DNA from: Cyanophora paradoxa CCMP329
Lineage: Eukaryota > Plantae > Glaucophyta
Assembly: GCA_004431415.1 (NCBI GenBank)
Contig: QPMI01000118.1
Location: 1 to 44,528 of the forward strand
DNA: 44,528 nucleotides
Direction: 5' to 3'
Shown: positions 37,801 to 44,528 of the stretch, in pieces
Position numbering within the stretch: position 1 is the stretch's first letter
How the letters are laid out: each line of letters begins with the position of its first letter
Made by a program: the position numbers and the translations under genes
Notes under the pieces: model-generated
Told to the model about the DNA's origin: nothing
Databases searched by the model: none
The model's input: only the letters and a program-made list of their open reading frames with translations

Positions 37801-40800
37801 CGCTGCCGCCGAAGGCCCCCGTCGTGACGATGACGATGGTGGACTCGAACACCATCAAGGTTCACATCGAAATCGAGCACGACGCGAGCAACGTGCTTGC
37901 CGACAACTACCAGCTGACCTGCAATGACACGAACACGGCGCGCACGGTGGCCATCGAGCGGATGGGCCTGGCGGAGGAGGTCCTCGTGTCCCTGCAGCCG
38001 AGCACGACGTACTCGTGCTGGGCAATTGCGACCTCGTGGGTGGGCCCCTCGCAGGACTCGGACACGGCGTCGGCGACGACGGACGACTCTCCGCAGCCGA
38101 CCCTTACGACGACTGCCGTCAACGCGACGGCGGTGTGGTTGGAGGTCGCGCTGCCGACGCTCGACCCCGTGGTGAATGTGACGGGGGTGCGGATCTCCCG
38201 GGCGATGTCCAGCGCGGCGGGGAGTGAGTGGACGACGGTCGCGACGGTCCCGACGGCGGACAGCGATGGGGTGTACCGCCACGTGGACGCGGGCCGCGCG
38301 CACCAGACGGATTACTGGTACAAGGCGGTGTACCTGACGCCTGCGGACTCGAAGGAGAGCGAATCGAAGCAGGCCCGCACCGGCCCGCCGGCGCCCCAGC
38401 TGTCCCTGGGCTACAAGACGGAATTCGACCTGAGGGTGGACCTCGCGGAGACCGACCTCAACAAGCTCCGCGTCTCCGAGACGTTCCTGTTGCGCAACTC
38501 GTCGCGAGTGTGCAGCGAGGCGTCGGACAACTGGCTCGCGTCGTGCGTTGACGGCACCGGGGCCATCAACCCCGGCATCACGTACGAGTACACGGCGCAG
38601 TACGAGGGCTTGGTCTTCTACAACGGCTTGGAGCGCAATGAGAGGGGCCTGATCTCGGATCCGCTCCACGTGACGGCGCTGCTGGTGGTGAAGCCGACCA
38701 TCTCGTACACGCTGGTCACCGCGACGACCGCGAAGATCTGCGTGACGTACCCGCGAAACCTCAGCCACGCTGAGATCAAGACGACGGAGTTCTCCCGCCT
38801 GTACCTTCCGACAAGCACCCCCAACACGTTCTCCATCCCCAAGGAGGACGAGTTCGAGGACTGCATAACGCTCACGGGCCTGGAGCCGGCGACGACGTCG
38901 AACATCACGGCGTACTACACTACGACGGGGCTGAACTCGCCGACCTCGGACGTCCTCCAGGTGACGCAGGCGAGCCCGGCAGCGCCGAAGCTGTATGTGA
39001 GCTTCGAGCCGGCCTACCCGAACGCGACGGCGGTGAAGGTCCAGGTGGTGTACCCGACCGAGCCGGCGGATCCGGAGATGCAGACTGACCCGGCCGAGGA
39101 CCTCCTGCCGGTCATCAAGCGGATCGACCTGTACCGCAACGGCTCGCTCGTTGGCTCGCAGGGCGCAGTCAGCACGTTGGACACGTACGAGTTCATCGAC
39201 GCCGAGCTCGCCCCTGGCCTGCTCTACTACTACCAGGCGACGCTGTTCACGCTGTACACGAACTCGCCGAACGGGTCGGCACTGGCGGAGACGGACATCG
39301 CCGCCAAGCCCAAGATCACGGCGACGGGCATCGACCGCAACACGTCGGCGATCACGCTGGTGGTGGACCGCCCGGTGCCGGAGCAGGCGGCGGCAGTGAC
39401 GATCCGCATCTACCGCGCGCCGTCGGTCGACGGGACGTACCAGGAGATTGCGGAGATCAACAGCAAGCCGGAGCCGGTGGGCCACTACGTGTACACCGAC
39501 ACGGCTCGCGTGGCGGGGACGCAGTACTGGTACAAGGCGGACTACACGACGTCCGGCGAGCCGGACGGGATCGCCGGGAAGGACTCGGATCTGAGCGATG
39601 CGGACGGGGCGTGGACCGCGCCGTCGCCGCCGGCGTTCAGCCTGAACTCGGCCACGGTGACGGGCTCCGGCGCAGTCACTGTCAGCCTGCACATGGCGCC
39701 GTCGGTGGCGAACAGCTCCGTCACCGGCTTGGTGGTGTCGCGCGACAGCTTCAGCTTCAGCTGCTCGGCGCCGAACCCGATCGGATGGTTGGGCGGGGTG
39801 GGCGGCACGGCCACGTGCGTGGACACAGGGGCGAGGCCCGCGACTTTGTACACGTACACGGCGCACTACATTGGCCAGGAGGGGCTGACGAGCGAGCGAT
39901 CGCACTTCAACGTGACGACGCCACCAGAAGCACCGCTGGTCGTCAAGGGCCCGTACCGGGCGACGACCTCGACCCTCAGCGTGGAGATTGAGCTCCCTGT
40001 GGGGTGGGAGAAGAGCAACGGGACGGAGCTCTACCGCGACGGCGCCGGCTCCAGCCCGATCGTGACGATCCCGCTCTCGCCGTCGAGCTGCGGGCCGTGC
40101 ATTCGCAATGCCTCTCTCAGCGGATGCTGTCTCCGATTCAACGACACCGGCCTGGCCGAGGGCCGCGCGTACAACTACACGGCGCTGCTGACGGTCGACA
40201 ATGGCGGGGTGCGCGTCACGTCGCCGGAGTCGGCGAAGAAGGAGCTCTGGACCGCCCTGCCTGCTCCTGTGCCGGTCACCCACGCGAACACGAACTACCC
40301 GTCGGTGACGGTGAACGTTTCCCTGCCGCTGGGGCTCGAGAGCGTCGTCGTGAGGACGGTCTGCTGGGCCAACGCGTCGGCGGTCACCTTCACCGTCTCG
40401 GGCGCGCAGTTCGTCGTTTCGAGTGAAGACGGCGCGACGGGCTACAAGGTGGACTGGGCGACGGCGTACGTGTGGAAGTGCGTGTTCGAGGGCCAAGGGG
40501 GCACGAGAAGCGAGGTGGGCGACGTGGCGGTGACGCTGCCGCCGAAGGCCCCCGTCGTGACGATGACGATGGTGGACTCGAACACCATCAAGGTTCACAT
40601 CGAAATTGAGCACGACGCGAGCAACGCGCTCGCCGACAACTACCAGCTGACCTGCAATGACACGAACACGGCGCGCACGGTGGCCATCGAGCGGATGGGC
40701 CTGGCGGAGGAGGTCCTCGTGTCCCTGCAGCCGACCACGACGTACTCGTGCTGGGCGATTGCGACCTCGTGGGTGGGCCCCTCGCAGGACTCGAACTCGG

Positions 40801-43800
40801 CGTCGGCGACAACGGACGACTCGCCGCAGCCGACCCTCACGACGACTGCCGTCAACGCGACGGCGGTGTGGTTGGATGTCGAGCTGCCGACGCTCGACCC
40901 CGTGGTGAATGTGGCGGGGGTGCGGATCTCCCGGGCGATGTCCAGCGCGGCGGGGAGTGAGTGGACGACGGTCGCGACGGTCCCGACGGCGGACAGCGAC
41001 GGAGTGTACCGCCACGTGGACACGGGCCGCGCGCACCAGACGGATTACTGGTACAAGGCGGTGTACCTGACGCCTGCGGACTCGAAGGAGAGCGAATCGA
41101 AGCAGGCCCGCACCGGCCCGCCGGCGCCCCAGCTGTCCCTGGGCTACAAGACGGAATTCGACCTGAGGGTGGACCTCGCGGAGACCGACCTCAACAAGCT
41201 CCGCGTCTCCGAGACGTTCCTGTTGCGCAACTCGTCGCGAGTGTGCAGCGAGGCGTCGGACAACTGGCTCGCGTCGTGCGTTGACGGCACCGGGGCCATC
41301 AACCCCGGCATCACGTACGAGTACACGGCGCAGTACGAGGGCTTGGTCTTCTACAACGGCTTGGAGCGCAATGAGAGGGGCCTGATCTCGGATCCGCTCC
41401 ACGTGACGGCGCTGCTGGTGGTGAAGCCGACCATCTCGTACACGCTGGTCACTGCACGACCGCGAAGATCTGCGTGACGTACCCGCGAAACCTCAGCCAC
41501 GCTGAGATCAAGACGACGGAGTTCTCCCGCCTGTACCTTCCGACAAGCACCCCCAACACGTTCTCCATCCCCAAGGAGGACGAGTTCGAGGACTGCATAA
41601 CGCTCACGGGCCTGGAGCCGGCGACGACGTCGAACATCACGGCGTACTACACTACGACGGGGCTGAACTCGCCGACCTCGGACGTCCTCCAGGTGACGCA
41701 GGCGAGCCCGGCAGCGCCGAAGCTGTATGTGAGCTTCGAGCCGGCCTACCCGAACGCGACGGCGGTGAAGGTCCAGGTGGTGTACCCGACCGAGCCGGCG
41801 GACCCGGAGATGCAGACTAGCCCGGCCGAGGACCTCCTGCCGGTCATCAAGCGGATCGACCTGTACCGCAACGGCTCGCTCGTTGGCTCGCAGGGCGCAG
41901 TCAGCACGTTGGACACGTACGAGTTCATCGACGCCGAGCTCGCCCCTGGCCTGCTCTACTACTACCAGGCGACGCTGTTCACGCTGTACACGAACTCGCC
42001 GAACGGCTCGGCACTGGCGGAGACGGACATCGCCGCCAAGCCCAAGATCACGGCGACGGGCATCGACCGCAACACGTCGGCGATCACGCTGGTGGTGGAC
42101 CGCCCGGTGCCGGAGCAGGCGGCGGCAGTGACGATCCGCATCTACCGCGCGCCGTCGGTCGACGGGACGTACCAGGAGATTGCGGAGATCAACAGCAAGC
42201 CGGAGCCGGAGGGCCACTACGTGTACACCGACACGGCTCGCGTGGCGGGGACGCAGTACTGGTACAAGGCGGACTACACGACGTCCGGCGAGCCGGACGG
42301 GATCGCCGGGAAGGACTCGGATCTGAGCGATGCGGACGGGGCGTGGACCGCGCCGTCGCCGCCGGCGTTCAGCCTGAACTCGCCACGGTGACGGGCTCCA
42401 GCGCAGTCACTGTCAGCCTGCACATGGCGCCGTCGGTGGCGAACAGCTCCGTCACCGGCTTGGTGGTGTCGCGCGACAGCTTCAGCTTCAGCTGCTCGGC
42501 GCCGAGCCCGATCGGATGGTTGGGCGGGGTGGGCGGCACGGCCACGTGCGTGGACGAGGACGCTGATCCCGCAACGACGTACACGTACACGGCGCACTAC
42601 ATTGGCCAGGAGGGGCTGACGAGCGAGCGCGCGCACTTCAACGTGACGACGCCACCAGAAGCACCGCTGGTCGTCAAGGGCCCGTACCGGGCGACGACCT
42701 CGACCCTCAGCGTGGAGATTGAGCTCCCTGTGGGGTGGGAGAATGAGCAACGGACGGAGCTCTACCGCGACGGCGCCGGCTCCAGCCCGATCGTGACGAT
42801 CCCGCTCTCGCGTCGAGCTGCGGGCCGTGCATTCGCAATGCATCTCTCAGCGGATGCTGTCTCCGATTCAACGACACCGGCCTGCCGAGTGCCGCGCGTA
42901 CAACTACACGCGCGCCTGCTGACGGTGCGACAATTGGCGGGGTGCGCGTCACGTCGCGGAGTCGGCGCAGAAGGAGCTCTGGACCCCCTGCCTGCTCCTG
43001 TGCCGGTCACCCACGCGAACACGAACTACCCGTCGGTGACGGTGAACGTTTCCCTGCCGCGGGGCTCGAGAGCGTCGTCGTGAGGACGGTCTGCTGGGCC
43101 AACGCGTCGGCGGTCACCTTCACCGTCTCGGCGCGCGCAGTTCGTCGTTTCGAGTGAAAACGGCGCGACGGGCTACAAGGTGGACTGCGGGCGCACCGGC
43201 GTACGTGTGGAAGTGCGTGTTCGAGGGCCAAGGGGGCACGAGAAGCGAGGTGGGCGACGTGGCGGCGTGACGCTGCCGCCGAAGGCCCCCGTCGTGACGA
43301 TGACGATGGTGGACTCGAACCATCAAGGTTCACATCGAAATTGAGCACGACGGCGAGCAACGCGCTCGCCGACAACTACAGCTGACCTGCAATTGACACG
43401 AACACGGCGCGCACGGTGGGCATCGAGCGGATGGGACCTGCGGAGGAGGTCCTCGTGTCCCTGCAGCCGACCACGACGTACTCGTGCTGGGCGATTGCGA
43501 CCTCGTGGGTGGGCCCCTCGCAGGACTCGAACTCGGCGTCGGCGACAACGGACGACTCGCCGCAGCCGACCCTCACGACGACTGCCGTCAACGCGACGGC
43601 GGTGTGGTGGATGTCGAGCTGCCGACGCTCGACCCCGTGGTGAATGTGGCGGGGTGCGGATCTCCCGGGCGATGTCCAGCGCGGCGGGGAGTGAGTGGAC
43701 GACGGTCGCGACCGTCCCGACGGCGCGACAGCGACGGAGTGTACCGCCACGTGGACACGGGCCGCGCGCACAGACGGATTACTGGTACAAGGCGGTGTTA

Positions 43801-44528
43801 CCTGACGCCTGCGGACTCGAAGGAGAGCGAATCGAAGCAGGCCCGCACCGGCCCGCCGGCGCCCCAGCTGTCCCTGGGCTACAAGACGGAATTCGACCTG
43901 AGGGTGGACCTCGCGGAGACCGACCTCAACAAGCTCCGCGTCTCCGAGACGTTCCTGTTGCGCAACTCGTCGCGAGTGTGCAGCGAGGCGTCGGACAACT
44001 GGCTCGCGTCGTGCGTTGACGGCACCGGGGCCATCAACCCCGGCATCACGTACGAGTACACGGCGCGTACGAGGGCTTGGTCTTCTACAACGGCTTGGAG
44101 CGCAATGAGAGGGGCCTGATCTCGGATCCGCTCCACGTGACGGCGCTGCTGGTGGTGAAGCCGACCATCTCGTACACGCTGGTCACCGCGACGACCGCGA
44201 AGATCTGCGTGACGTACCCGCGAAACCTCAGCCACGCTGAGATAAGACGACGGAGTTCTTCCCGCCTGTACCTTCCGACAAGCCCCCAACACGTTCTCCA
44301 TCCCCAAGGAGGACGAGTTCGAGGACTGCATAACGCTCACGGGCCTGGAGCCGGCGACGACGTCGAACATCACGGCGTACTACACTACGACGGGGCTGAA
44401 CTCGCCGACCTCGGACGTCCTCCAGGTGACGCAGGCGAGCCCGGCAGCGCCGAAGCTGTATGTGAGCTTCGAGCCGGCCTACCCGAACGCGACGGCGGAT
44501 GAAGGTCCAGGTGGTGTACCCGAACGAG
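13857..44528 (+). CDS. Giant secreted/cell-surface protein: signal peptide, GH16-like domain, REJ (polycystin-1-like) module and about 78 FN3-like domains; 3'-truncated, >9,000 aa
   Basis: ATG 13857 followed by hydrophobic IHAACALVLLVVFVVASA|Q. A continuous frame results after removing 31 GT-AG introns (first 14086-14140, last 22650-22707). One exon then runs 22708..>44528, broken only by 1-nt indels. Abundant N-x-S/T sequons and Cys pairs. Confidence 0.85.
14141..16265 (+). other. Bacterial-type GH16-like (beta-jelly-roll glycoside hydrolase/lectin) domain with N-terminal accessory module
   Basis: Spliced: RQLQWSGKVWAKK...PGGNFWSNRDEDVWVDDQGKLHLTLK...WYSTEVVLQDIMGYGTYIWYL...DPYAVLGIFFW...HREIAFEFSQFG...LTWTSGRAVF...IPTPGRQRVRMNMWKF...EAVFGGFDYVP. 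This follows the motif order I recall for a bacterial GH16-like subfamily. Confidence 0.72.
16641..19379 (+). other. REJ / PKD1-like extracellular module
   Basis: PCNNLMLDASTTGGTCGRRVVYKW, PGQTYTFNLTVTNAFG, LTPGTLYGFTF and PP...GGLIVTPTNGTAM...TLFRLTALDWYSPFGPVDFKFYY match REJ-domain hallmarks. Confidence 0.72.
20530..26302 (+). other. About 18 mutually diverged FN3-like domains
   Basis: Roughly 100-aa periodicity: T-x-P-x-x-P ... IYR(D/N)G ... D-x-G-L-x-PG-x-x-Y-x-Y ... S-x-x-S. Confidence 0.8.
26303..44528 (+). repeat. Coding tandem array: 2,733-bp (911-aa, 9 FN3-like domain) unit, 6 full copies plus a partial 7th, near-identical
   Basis: Anchor gtggagattgagctccct recurs at 26321, 29053, 31785, 34516, 37248, 39981 and 42712. 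Spacing is 2731-2733, and each shortfall equals the number of 1-nt deletions in that unit. Confidence 0.97.

Noticed and set aside
34830-41402. 2,190-aa antisense ORF (also 27484..31710)
   Set aside because: It is a codon-mirrored shadow of the FN3 frame, open because the sense frame avoids TTA/CTA/TCA. The R/V-rich product is not protein-like.
27643-42382. Frameshifts in the array (about 27645, 31753, 32584, 33465, 34834, 41456, 42382) as programmed frameshifting or pseudogenisation
   Set aside because: Each is a 1-nt shortening of a homopolymer or doublet, private to one unit, with no accompanying nonsense substitutions. This is typical of under-polished long-read consensus.
42740-44528. 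Apparent degeneration of the 7th repeat unit
   Set aside because: Dense random 1-2 nt indels at the sequence end indicate low coverage or raw-read quality rather than biology.
26303-44528. CRISPR array, satellite DNA or diversity-generating retroelement
   Set aside because: The units are 2.7-kb in-frame coding repeats without spacers. No cas gene, reverse transcriptase or adenine-specific variation is present.
1-44528. Alternative genetic code or stop read-through
   Set aside because: All four genes splice into open frames under the standard code, with ordinary TGA/TAG stops for genes 1-3.

Overview
Eukaryotic nuclear DNA from a very GC-rich, intron-dense unicellular organism (alga or protist; taxon not assignable from sequence alone). 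The ORF track is misleading because genes are split by many short spliceosomal introns, mostly 50-100 nt. Manual splicing gives four genes. (1) The 3' part of a DCAF1/VprBP orthologue (+, <1..2556). (2) A nuclear protein with RS region, ULM motif, three divergent RRM-like domains, 8 AT-hooks and a PWWP domain (-, 3738..9924). (3) A putatively myristoylated APP1-type HAD phosphatase (+, 10255..13101), divergent from gene 2. (4) A giant secreted protein (+, 13857..>44528, >9,000 aa) with a bacterial-type GH16-like head, a REJ/polycystin-like module and about 78 FN3-like domains. About 60 of these FN3 domains come from about 6.7 near-identical 2,733-bp tandem units inside one 21.8-kb exon. In genes 1-3, 10 of 35 introns are GC-AG and have C-rich 5' halves, often with G-rich 3' halves. 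All 31 introns of gene 4 are GT-AG. Frameshifts in the tandem array look like long-read errors.
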